DNA from: a virus
Lineage: Duplodnaviria > Caudoviricetes
Length of the DNA stretch: 30,786 nt
IMG/VR virus record: IMGVR_UViG_3300005611_000135
Location: 1 to 30,786 of that record
Strand: one strand, 5' to 3'
Positions within the stretch are counted from its first letter, which is position 1, and each line of letters begins with the position of its first letter. The notes under the pieces are model-generated. The model was not told where the DNA came from, ran no database searches, and saw only the letters and a list, made by a program, of their open reading frames with translations. Shown one piece after another: positions 8,886 to 17,559 of this stretch. The translations under genes and the position numbers were made by a program.

Positions 8886-8920
8886 AAGGGGGTAGGTCTT
8901 TTTGACTACCCCTTTTTTTT
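8886..8920 (+). terminator. Intrinsic terminator after head genes
   Basis: GGGGTAG(G)TC-TTTTT-GACTACCCC stem then T8. Confidence 0.88.
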
Positions 8921-8956
8921 AATCTTTATGGTCAGGTTAAAACTGACTTAATCGCT

Positions 8957-9490
8957 ATGAAAAAGAACGTTGAGTTTACAAAACCAACTTCATTGCCAAA
9001 AGGCGATGAAAGGTTTGTTTATCATAAAGGGCAAATCGCGCATTACATTGGAAATATGCACGATTACCCCGTGCATCTTGGCAGGGTCGGTTACGGAAAA
9101 CTGTATAGTGATAACACCCCTAAGACTATTTCATTAACAGCAGGTGAGGTCACAAGAATAGATGGTTATACGTTTGCGCCTATGTCTTTGGGTGTTACGG
9201 GCAACACAACTACTTTGGTTTCAGAATTTCGTGGATTAGCATTAGTATATGGCTTTATCTCTTTTACAGGCGGTGCATCTATTGTTTATGATTTACACCT
9301 TCGTAAAAACGGTGAGGATATATGCGTTTGTAATCCTGAATCACAAGCCATTGGTAATAGCGAGTTTGAATTGTCAACAATGGATTTCACGAGTGTTGAA
9401 GAAGGTGATGAATTTGAACTATGGTTCCAAGCCGATACCGACAAAACACTCTCTTACACAACAACAAAACTAATTCTAATAGTATTATGA
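8957..9490 (+). CDS. Hypothetical virion protein with C-terminal TNF/C1q-like jelly-roll
   Basis: Beta-strand pattern LRKNG...VEEGDEFELW; lies in the head-neck region. Confidence 0.55.
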   Translation: MKKNVEFTKPTSLPKGDERFVYHKGQIAHYIGNMHDYPVHLGRVGYGKLYSDNTPKTISLTAGEVTRIDGYTFAPMSLGVTGNTTTLVSEFRGLALVYGFISFTGGASIVYDLHLRKNGEDICVCNPESQAIGNSEFELSTMDFTSVEEGDEFELWFQADTDKTLSYTTTKLILIVL

Positions 9491-9744
9491 ACAAATATAA
9501 AATTAAAGAAGGTTTCAGCCTTTGTTTTGACAACGTAAATGTTCTTGACTTAAAAAAAGGCGACACATACGAACCACAAACAAGGATGCAAGAAGAAGTC
9601 TTTGCTGAATTAACAAGACGCGGTAAATGCGAACTTTATGTAGAGCCAAAAAGCACGCCTGCTGAAACTAAAGTAAGCGAGCCTGAAGAAAAAACAGAAA
9701 CCAAGCCTAAGAGCAAGAAAAAAACCAAAAAGTCTGAAGAATAA
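9487..9744 (+). CDS. Small head/neck-region protein with Lys-rich tail
   Basis: ATG 9487 overlaps upstream stop (ATGA); ETK..KKK tail as often seen before connector genes. Confidence 0.7.
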   Translation: MNKYKIKEGFSLCFDNVNVLDLKKGDTYEPQTRMQEEVFAELTRRGKCELYVEPKSTPAETKVSEPEEKTETKPKSKKKTKKSEE

Positions 9745-10337
9745 TGCGATACCTGCTTCGGGACTCAATTAGCCCAACATATACTTTTTCTGCATCTCCC
9801 GATGTTTGTGAAGTAACAAGCAACAGTATTGCTATGGCTATTACTGTAGATGACGTTAAAGATTACGCGCTTATATACGATAATGAGTCAGACACTGCCA
9901 TTGAAAATCAAATCAAGGCAACGCAGTCTAAGATTGAAAGGTTTGTAAACCGAGATAGCACTGTTCGTAATCGTGTAGCGTTATGGGCACTTCCGCAAGA
10001 AATCATCGAAATACCTTATGGCGTGCACTCAAACATTATTGTTTATCAACGACTGTCAGAGGCTGATGATTGGGAATTGAAAACTGAAGATATTGATTAC
10101 TATGTGATTGATAGCGCTACTAAATACAAGAGCATTAGACTCAAGCAGTTGACGCAGACTAAAATCACTTACACAAGTGGTTCTGCTACTATCGACCCTG
10201 AAATGAAGCAGGCTATTATTCAGGAAGTCACCTTTTTCTTCAAAAACAGAAACGACCCTGATGCCCGAGTTGCAGAAACACGCAATGGAATTAGTTTGGC
10301 AACGTACAACTTGCTAACAGGATATATTCGATACTAA
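9744..10337 (+). CDS. Head-tail connector (gp6-like adaptor)
   Basis: ITVDDVKDY...IERFVNR...YTSG...MKQAI..V.FFFKNR pattern. Confidence 0.85.
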   Translation: MRYLLRDSISPTYTFSASPDVCEVTSNSIAMAITVDDVKDYALIYDNESDTAIENQIKATQSKIERFVNRDSTVRNRVALWALPQEIIEIPYGVHSNIIVYQRLSEADDWELKTEDIDYYVIDSATKYKSIRLKQLTQTKITYTSGSATIDPEMKQAIIQEVTFFFKNRNDPDARVAETRNGISLATYNLLTGYIRY

Positions 10338-10894
10338 TGAAGTTAGGCGACCAATTTATAGCAAATATAATCCCCAAGGTTGAAAACGCGGTCGATAAGG
10401 GGTCAGAAAGTTTGGCTAATAGTCTAAACGACCACATTGATATATTGGCAGACAATGGGCGCAAATACAATGCGAAAAAGTACAAAAACACATACAGTGT
10501 GCGCGGTAAGTACGAAAGAACCCACAAGTTTAGACGTGAAAGACTTGGCTACCAAACAGACTATGTTGACCTGAAATTTATCGGCAAGAGCCTTTTGAAC
10601 AGGCAGGTTCAAAGAAACGCACTTGGTGAACATACTATTGAGTTTATTGACCAACCTGTACGCAGGGGTCTTGGTAGTGCGCAGTTATATTATTATCATA
10701 ATTGGGGTTTTTACCCAAATCCACGCAGGCAGTTGTTTCCCGACACAGCGGGCGCAATGAAAGGTGGGTCTAAATTTAAGGTTACAGAAGCCGAACTTAA
10801 AGCACCTAACGTTTTAGATTCAGGTGACGTGATACCACAGAATTACGTGACTAAGGCAAGGCAAATTGTAACAAGCAAATTGAAGGGCAAATGA
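10337..10894 (+). CDS. Putative neck/tail-completion protein
   Basis: Basic 185 aa protein by position; YHNWG..PRR.LF resembles virion morphogenesis proteins. Confidence 0.5.
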   Translation: MKLGDQFIANIIPKVENAVDKGSESLANSLNDHIDILADNGRKYNAKKYKNTYSVRGKYERTHKFRRERLGYQTDYVDLKFIGKSLLNRQVQRNALGEHTIEFIDQPVRRGLGSAQLYYYHNWGFYPNPRRQLFPDTAGAMKGGSKFKVTEAELKAPNVLDSGDVIPQNYVTKARQIVTSKLKGK

Positions 10895-11364
10895 GCAGTA
10901 GTAGTAGGGACATAATTGACCAACTTGTTAATAGTTTGTCAAACTATATTAACGACCCAACGATATTGTTCGAGAAGTACCCTATATCGTATGAGGATAT
11001 AGATTCTCGTCAGGATATACGCAAAGCGAGAGTATCTATTTATGAAATTAGTGAACTTACAACTATTACCGTTGACGATGGACGCGCAAATATGAGCACC
11101 CAAACATACGGTATAGATATAAGTGTTGTGCGTGGCTACACAAACAACAACGCTAAAAGAGGCGAACTTATCTTGTATGAGATAAGGGATAAGATTATTG
11201 ATTGGGCAAGGGATAATCTCGATGTTAGCGCATTAACAGGTGGCTACATATATACCTTCAAGTATAATTCTTCAAGTAGTTTTACGAGAAGTGATAGATT
11301 TGTCAGCAGAACTATGTATTTTGACTCAATGCGAGATTTGTTAAAGCAACAATTCACAACTTAA
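10891..11364 (+). CDS. Putative tail terminator protein
   Basis: Size, alpha/beta pattern and position just before the tail tube candidate. Confidence 0.5.
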   Translation: MSSSSRDIIDQLVNSLSNYINDPTILFEKYPISYEDIDSRQDIRKARVSIYEISELTTITVDDGRANMSTQTYGIDISVVRGYTNNNAKRGELILYEIRDKIIDWARDNLDVSALTGGYIYTFKYNSSSSFTRSDRFVSRTMYFDSMRDLLKQQFTT

Positions 11365-11380
11365 AAACAGGACAAATAAA

Positions 11381-11770
11381 ATGGCAGTTACAAAAACACT
11401 AATTTTTGACAAAGTTACAGTTAGCGGTGTTGACTACACCTTGCACCTGACAGAAAACGCAGAAGTTACTATCGAGCCTCTAACCGACGTTGTTGATGAC
11501 GGTCAGACGCTTGTTTCTGCATACGACGTATCATTTAGCGTTGACGTTTACGATACCGATGCGCTATCAGGGGCAAATATCTATGTTGACGCGTCAACTG
11601 ACCCTGTAAAAACAAACATTGTATTTTCAGGTGTATCTTCAGCGCAAACAATTACAATCACAAATGTATATGTGAACGCTATCAAAAAATTTGACAGCAA
11701 CCGATTGGCTGTGAACTTGTCAGGCACGAAGCGAACGGTAACCCTTGCGAGCGCTACAACTGAATCTTAA
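11381..11770 (+). CDS. Putative major tail tube protein
   Basis: 129 aa, beta-rich in T/V/S/D; position before chaperones and tape measure. Confidence 0.55.
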   Translation: MAVTKTLIFDKVTVSGVDYTLHLTENAEVTIEPLTDVVDDGQTLVSAYDVSFSVDVYDTDALSGANIYVDASTDPVKTNIVFSGVSSAQTITITNVYVNAIKKFDSNRLAVNLSGTKRTVTLASATTES

Positions 11771-11788
11771 TCATTTAATTTTATCGCA

Positions 11789-12832
11789 ATGCTTAATCTA
11801 TTAAAAAAAATATCCATACAAGATGTTGGACAATCTGACCGAGTGGCAAGATTTGAAAACATTATGGAAGGTGTAGATGGTAGCGCGGTATTTGGTTTTT
11901 CTTCAGAGGCTGAAGCAATACAGGTTTTAGATAATCAAACGCAACAGTACAAGCAAAACCACACTCTTGATTTACGAGTTATTGAGGACTCTACAGAGTC
12001 AGCGTTTCTTAACACAATCATCGCAAATGGAAATTTGTGTAATGTTGTAGCAGAAGGGATTGATGGCACTGTATTTATGGAGAGTGTGAGAGTCGCAAGA
12101 AGTAAGCAATATGACCAAATTACTGCACTATCTGTTCAATTCACAAAAACCACTCAAATTGGTTATATGCGAGCCAATGAAGTAAGTGGTTTAGACCCGA
12201 CTGAGGTGACCTATTTCACGCCTGTATATGCAAGTAACAACATTCTTGATAAGTGGAATATGAACCAATTCGTGCTGTATGAGAGCGATTCTTGGCTTTC
12301 TCCTTTTGCGACTTATGCTTATACCACTTCAAATACTGCAGGTCAAAGAATTAGTGAATCAATAGCGAACACATTACCTGCTGATATAACTATTCAATTT
12401 AGAAACCTTGACGGTTTCTTTTTGCCACCTGAAACACAATGGATTCCCGCGCCTTTTGAAGCAGGAACAGAGTTGGTTATGGCATTAAACGTTGTTCTTT
12501 CTTCTACCTCAGGCACAAACTATTTGAATTCTTACGTATGTGTTGAGGTTGAGCGAGCATTTAGTGGATTCCCTCTTGGCAGTTTGTTTTATGTCGGATA
12601 TATACCGAATGGCACAACCAATACAAACGTTGCTTTTCAGTTTGATATTCCCTCAGGGGCTACCCGTATGAGGATGCGTGTTACCCCCGCAAGCAGTAAC
12701 ACAAGTGGTAATACCGCTATCACGTCTTTGACTTTTGGCAATCTTGGTTTGTATCTAAAAGATGGACTGCCTACGAGGTTTACAAACGTACAGACAGCGA
12801 CAAACACTAATGTTGACCCTGAAACAACATAA
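11789..12832 (+). CDS. Putative second tail-tube-like protein with C-terminal beta-sandwich extension
   Basis: N-terminal ~125 aa weakly resembles the preceding protein (VLDNQT vs VDDGQT). Confidence 0.45.
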   Translation: MLNLLKKISIQDVGQSDRVARFENIMEGVDGSAVFGFSSEAEAIQVLDNQTQQYKQNHTLDLRVIEDSTESAFLNTIIANGNLCNVVAEGIDGTVFMESVRVARSKQYDQITALSVQFTKTTQIGYMRANEVSGLDPTEVTYFTPVYASNNILDKWNMNQFVLYESDSWLSPFATYAYTTSNTAGQRISESIANTLPADITIQFRNLDGFFLPPETQWIPAPFEAGTELVMALNVVLSSTSGTNYLNSYVCVEVERAFSGFPLGSLFYVGYIPNGTTNTNVAFQFDIPSGATRMRMRVTPASSNTSGNTAITSLTFGNLGLYLKDGLPTRFTNVQTATNTNVDPETT

Positions 12833-12847
12833 AATCACAATGCGTAT

Positions 12848-13153
12848 ATGATAGTACAAGAGGAAATTACTGTGAGCGGAGAAAGGGTAAAACTGCGCCC
12901 TTATACAGAAAGGCGGTTGAGTCAACTTGTTGAAATTCAGCAAGAGATTCAGGAGTACATAGAAGCAAACCCCGAAATGGGATTTGACGAAATTGACAAA
13001 AAGAAAGTGGCTAAGTGGTGGAAACGCAAGGCGGAAGTTTTGTGGGAAACTCAAGAGCCACTGCCTTTGTCATTTTTTGAAAGTCCTGATTTTGAAGTGA
13101 CGTGGCTTAAAAAATCTGAAGATTTTTTTTTAGCGAGCAGGGTATATCTCTAA
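12848..13153 (+). CDS. Tail assembly chaperone (gpG-like)
   Basis: Upstream of tape measure; T9 slippery run near the 3' end (GAT TTT TTT TTA). Confidence 0.75.
   Translation: MIVQEEITVSGERVKLRPYTERRLSQLVEIQQEIQEYIEANPEMGFDEIDKKKVAKWWKRKAEVLWETQEPLPLSFFESPDFEVTWLKKSEDFFLASRVYL
13123..13132 (+). other. Programmed -1 ribosomal frameshift site
   Basis: T TTT TTT / T TTT TTA heptamers; the -1 frame is open from 13123 through ATG 13192 to the stop at 13380. Confidence 0.75.
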
Positions 13154-13380
13154 AAAAAGCAGACGTCGCTTGGAAGCGTTCTATCGCCTTTATGCCACAG
13201 GGTTCCAAAAAAGACCTTAATAGGCAGAAGTGGATAGAACTTGTAGGGGTTTACTATTATCATAGTCTGTGTCTTGCTAATTTCAACCCAACCGAAGCCA
13301 TTAAGATATTCGACAATCCTGCCCACGTTATTGCTGAAGCGGTGGTATCGCAAATGGCTTACAATTATTTTGAAAAATGA
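13123..13380 (+). CDS. gpT-like segment of the frameshifted G-T chaperone
   Basis: -1 frame reads FSEQGISLKKADVAWKRSIAF-MPQGSKK...; stop overlaps the tape measure start. Confidence 0.7.
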   Translation, partial: FFFSEQGISLKKADVAWKRSIAFMPQGSKKDLNRQKWIELVGVYYYHSLCLANFNPTEAIKIFDNPAHVIAEAVVSQMAYNYFEK

Positions 13381-16300
13381 GCCAATCACAGATACTGCAA
13401 TATGTAGTCAAGTTTAGTTATGATTCACAGTCCCTTCAGCAGATAAAGCAAGTCCTCAATCAGCAGAACTATACTATAAAACTGAAGTTTGACTCCCAAC
13501 AAGTCCAAGAGGAACTTGAGAGGGTCAACAAAAGCATCATCAACCAAACGCTTCAGTTACGTAATCTTGCGCAACAAAGTAATGCTGTCAACCAAAGCCT
13601 GCAGGGCGTTACTAATAGCGGGAACACAGCAAGTACCGCGACAGCACAAGCGGGTCAGCAATTAAACCTGTTCACACAGGCAAATCAGCAATTAACACAA
13701 CAGCAACAACGCCAACTACAACTGACTAATCAGTTGGCGCAAGCAAGACAGCAAAACCAAGGCGGTCTTGCTGATATGTATCAGTCAGAGTCCCAATCAC
13801 TTCTTGAGATTAGTCGCCAAATTGGAAAATACAAAGCCGAACTTGCTATACTTCAGCAAATGCAAGCCGAAGGTATGCAGTTGTCGGACGAGGACAAGTT
13901 GCGGAAGCAGGGATTGTTTACTGCCATTAAACAACTTGGTGTTGCATACGGTAAAGAACGCGAGGCTATATTAGGACGCACAGAAGCGACTATACAGTCA
14001 CAAAATGCGACCCAATCTGCATCACAAGCAATAGAGCAGTCGTACACCACACAGATAGGGACTCTTTCGTCACTGAAAGACCAAATTACTGCAGTTAAGG
14101 GGGAACTTGCAACGCTTGATAGTATTCGTCGAGAAGAAGGTCAATTAACGGAAGAGCAACGGGAAAGTTATGAGGTTTTACAGGCTACACTTGGCACGCT
14201 GAAGCAACAATACAGAGAAGCGAACAGCGAAATACAGCGAAATGAGCAAGCACAGCGAAATTTAGGCAAAACGACTAATGACGCTACTAAAGATATAATT
14301 GACTCATACAAGCCATACAGTGAATCGCTTTCTGACCTTACCAAAAAGCAAAACGACCTTAGGGCTGAGATTAAAGAACTGCAAGATGCCCAAAAATCAT
14401 CAAGCGGTATTACAGACGAGCAATCGCAACGATTGGCGCAGTTACAACTTGCCTACAGAGAGGTTGGTCGTTCAATTACTCAAATAAAACGCGACGCTAA
14501 CAGTACGGAAGAAGCGAACCGAACCTTGGGCAATAGTTATCAAGATATGCAGGCGCGTATGCGTCAGTTGTCTGTTGAGATACGGAATACACAAGACCCT
14601 TTAGGGCAGAACAAAGACACTGTAGCGAAACTTACCGCAGAGTACAATGAACTTAATCAGAAGTTAAAAGACATTGATGGCTCAATGGGTAATCATCAAC
14701 GAAATGTTGGTAATTACATCGACTCAATCCGTCAGGCCGCGAGCGCCATTGCAGTGTTTCAAGGGCCTCTCGGCCCCCTTTCAGGGCGATTAAATAGCGT
14801 TGCAACGCTTTTATCCAAGTTAAAAGATGCGCAGATTTCCGCGGGTGTAGCCTCACTTACGTTGGGCAAAATGGTTCAAAAGGCTCTTATTGCATCGGGT
14901 TTTGGCGTGCTTCTTGTAGTCCTTGGTAGTGTCATATCGTTTCTTAAGAAATCAGAAGAAGGGAATGATGCGCTTCGAGTATCTACTGCAAAATTAGGGG
15001 CTGTCGTATCTACTGTAACAGAGCCTTTTATTCAACTTGGTAAAATTATATACAACACGCTTTCTACGCCTGAAGGGTTCAGTGAGTTTATGCAAAGACT
15101 TGGCAGGGTAGAGATATTCGGCACGAAACTAAAGGACGTGTTCGATAGGCTTAAAAAGGCGTTTTATGAAGCGCTTGTCAACCCTCAAGTTGCCCTAAAA
15201 AATCTTGTTGTTGATTTAGGTGTGTTTGTAGGCAACATTACAGGTATAGCAGAGGTTTTTAACACTGTAAAAGGAGTCATAACAGACGCATTTAATGACC
15301 CAAGACAGGCTGTCGCTGATTTATGGGAAACTATTAAGGAAAGCCTAATTTTCAGAGCGCAGAAACTTCTTGACACCTTTAAGTTTGTTGGCGGTGCTAT
15401 AAAAAGCGTGATGGAACTCGATTTTGACGCTCTGAAAGAAAACTATGCGGGCGCAGTAAATAGCATTATAGACGCCACAACAGGAGTTGATGACACCGTA
15501 GGTAAGGTGGCAGAAAAAGTTGCACCTATAGGGCAAAAAATAAAAGAAGTATTCCAAAATGGGGTAGATAGCGCCAAAGACTTTATGAACACTCTTTCTG
15601 AAAACGTAGAAATGGCGGAGCAAGAACAGAAGGCGTTAAATGACATACAAAGAGAACTTCGTGCCTTAGGAATTGAAAGAGCACAACAAAATCGCAATAT
15701 ACAAGAGGCAAGAAGATTTGCTCGTGAAAACAGGTATGAGTTAGAAGAAGGTATTCGCAGACTTAACGAAGTTATTGAAGCAGAGGAAAAACTTGCTGAA
15801 AAAGAGTTGGACGCAAAACGTCGTGCACTTGAAATCAAAAGAGCACAAACCGATAGATTCTCGAGCACAAGTGAAGAACTGCAGGAACTTGCAGATATGG
15901 AAATCGAGTTTCACAATTTGGAAAAAGAGCACGAAACCAATCGTATGCGATTGGTTCGGGACAGAAACACTCTTGAAACTAAGATGATACAACTACGCTA
16001 CAAACGAGAGAAAAATTTTCTTGAGTGGCAGTTGCAACAGATGGATTTTGAGAACAAGCGTATTTTATACTCGCGAAGGGGTATGCTACAAGAATTGATT
16101 GTTGCAGAAAAAGAGTACACGGACGTCTTTGGCAACGAATTGCTAAAACAACAAATGCTGACGCAATATCATATTGAAGAAACAGCAAGGCTTGAGGCCG
16201 CGGGTTTCAAGGCTTCTATAGCGAGTGTTATGGCGTATGCAAATGCTGTGCAACGCATTGAGCAGGAAGAGTTAGAGGCAAGTAAAAAGGTTTCCGACAT

Positions 16301-16805
16301 TCGTCGCAAGTACAAAGAAACTGTTTTTGATGCTATCAAAGAAGCAGGGTTTAGAAGCGCAGAGGCTCTGTTTGGAGAATCAAAACTTTTATCATCTGCG
16401 GAAACAATCGTAGATACATTGAAGGGCGCTCAAAGAGCGTTTGCAAACAACCCACCACCAAGCCCAATAGGTATAGCAAGTGCCTCTGCGGTTTTGGCAA
16501 AAGGGGTAATAGCGTTGCGTAAAATTAACGCGACTAAAAAAGGTGATAAGTCCATACAGGGAGCGGGTGGAGCAGGTGGCGCAGGCGCTACTATTGCGTC
16601 AGCGCAATCTGCGACCGCGAGTTTTGGTCTTGTTGACCCTAACCAATTAAATTTGCCTGCAGAAATCGCAAGTCAGTTAGCAAATTCGGGTATTACTATT
16701 AGTCAGCCAAACATTATATTGAGTGGTGAATTTGACCCTGAGTTTTTAAGCGTAAAAGTACAAGAAGGCAACAATATACGCAGTGGCGAAACCGTAGGAG
16801 TTTAA
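13377..16805 (+). CDS. Tape measure protein
   Basis: 1142 aa helical/coiled-coil, GNHQRNVGNY motif, hydrophobic segment ALIASGFGVLLVVLGSVISF. Confidence 0.93.
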   Translation: MSQSQILQYVVKFSYDSQSLQQIKQVLNQQNYTIKLKFDSQQVQEELERVNKSIINQTLQLRNLAQQSNAVNQSLQGVTNSGNTASTATAQAGQQLNLFTQANQQLTQQQQRQLQLTNQLAQARQQNQGGLADMYQSESQSLLEISRQIGKYKAELAILQQMQAEGMQLSDEDKLRKQGLFTAIKQLGVAYGKEREAILGRTEATIQSQNATQSASQAIEQSYTTQIGTLSSLKDQITAVKGELATLDSIRREEGQLTEEQRESYEVLQATLGTLKQQYREANSEIQRNEQAQRNLGKTTNDATKDIIDSYKPYSESLSDLTKKQNDLRAEIKELQDAQKSSSGITDEQSQRLAQLQLAYREVGRSITQIKRDANSTEEANRTLGNSYQDMQARMRQLSVEIRNTQDPLGQNKDTVAKLTAEYNELNQKLKDIDGSMGNHQRNVGNYIDSIRQAASAIAVFQGPLGPLSGRLNSVATLLSKLKDAQISAGVASLTLGKMVQKALIASGFGVLLVVLGSVISFLKKSEEGNDALRVSTAKLGAVVSTVTEPFIQLGKIIYNTLSTPEGFSEFMQRLGRVEIFGTKLKDVFDRLKKAFYEALVNPQVALKNLVVDLGVFVGNITGIAEVFNTVKGVITDAFNDPRQAVADLWETIKESLIFRAQKLLDTFKFVGGAIKSVMELDFDALKENYAGAVNSIIDATTGVDDTVGKVAEKVAPIGQKIKEVFQNGVDSAKDFMNTLSENVEMAEQEQKALNDIQRELRALGIERAQQNRNIQEARRFARENRYELEEGIRRLNEVIEAEEKLAEKELDAKRRALEIKRAQTDRFSSTSEELQELADMEIEFHNLEKEHETNRMRLVRDRNTLETKMIQLRYKREKNFLEWQLQQMDFENKRILYSRRGMLQELIVAEKEYTDVFGNELLKQQMLTQYHIEETARLEAAGFKASIASVMAYANAVQRIEQEELEASKKVSDIRRKYKETVFDAIKEAGFRSAEALFGESKLLSSAETIVDTLKGAQRAFANNPPPSPIGIASASAVLAKGVIALRKINATKKGDKSIQGAGGAGGAGATIASAQSATASFGLVDPNQLNLPAEIASQLANSGITISQPNIILSGEFDPEFLSVKVQEGNNIRSGETVGV

Positions 16806-16806
16806 T

Positions 16807-17559
16807 ATGTCAGTACAGCAAGAGTCCGTTTATATGGGCGCATATTTTCTGAATGGGCGGAGAAAAAACAATCCGTCATCAAATGCCTATCAAGAATGGA
16901 CGCCTATAGATGGCTACCCCTTATCGTTTGATATTTGGTCTGTTTCTTACAAAGCGGTTAGAGAGTATATTTCAACACCGCTCACAACCGCACTGATGGG
17001 TTATGAGAGGGGCAACACAAGCGGTATTCGCTTGAGGGCGTCTATCAGTCTTAGAAATACAAATAGTGCGCAGTCAGAGGCGCTCAGGCAACTGATAGGC
17101 TTGATGTCATCTCAATACGACAGGACGATTGTTCAAGCCCAAATAACAAACATTGTATCATCAAATGCGACGCAAAGCCTATTTGACACGAATTTAACAG
17201 CGACATATCCAAATACGATTAGCAACGCCTATCAGGGCGCATTTGTGCAAGATAATAACGCGTCATTTTTATGCACAAGGTATTCTCAAAACGCCACAAT
17301 CAAACAATTTACTGTAAATGGGAACGTTGTTGACGCGGGGTGGACAACGGGCACAAATATAAACGTTTATTTACCGCCATCGGTGCCCACGGTGATAGGT
17401 TTGTCAACAGATGAAACAGAGTCGAATATGCACTTCTATAATCCTGTTGGCTCTACTTTCGGCATAGAAAGAGAATTGACTATCGGGAACCAAATAATAT
17501 CATTCGATTTGAAAAGCGTTGATAGATTTCAGTATGCACCAACCAACTTAAAGTTATGA
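16807..17559 (+). CDS. Putative distal tail protein with inserted beta domain
   Basis: Position directly after tape measure; 250 aa. Confidence 0.5.
   Translation: MSVQQESVYMGAYFLNGRRKNNPSSNAYQEWTPIDGYPLSFDIWSVSYKAVREYISTPLTTALMGYERGNTSGIRLRASISLRNTNSAQSEALRQLIGLMSSQYDRTIVQAQITNIVSSNATQSLFDTNLTATYPNTISNAYQGAFVQDNNASFLCTRYSQNATIKQFTVNGNVVDAGWTTGTNINVYLPPSVPTVIGLSTDETESNMHFYNPVGSTFGIERELTIGNQIISFDLKSVDRFQYAPTNLKL

Noticed and set aside
9421-9486. Longer ORF-track starts (9421, also 3141, 20912, 22854, 23628, 24606)
   Set aside because: Downstream ATGs give tighter gene coupling or avoid promoter/leader overlap.
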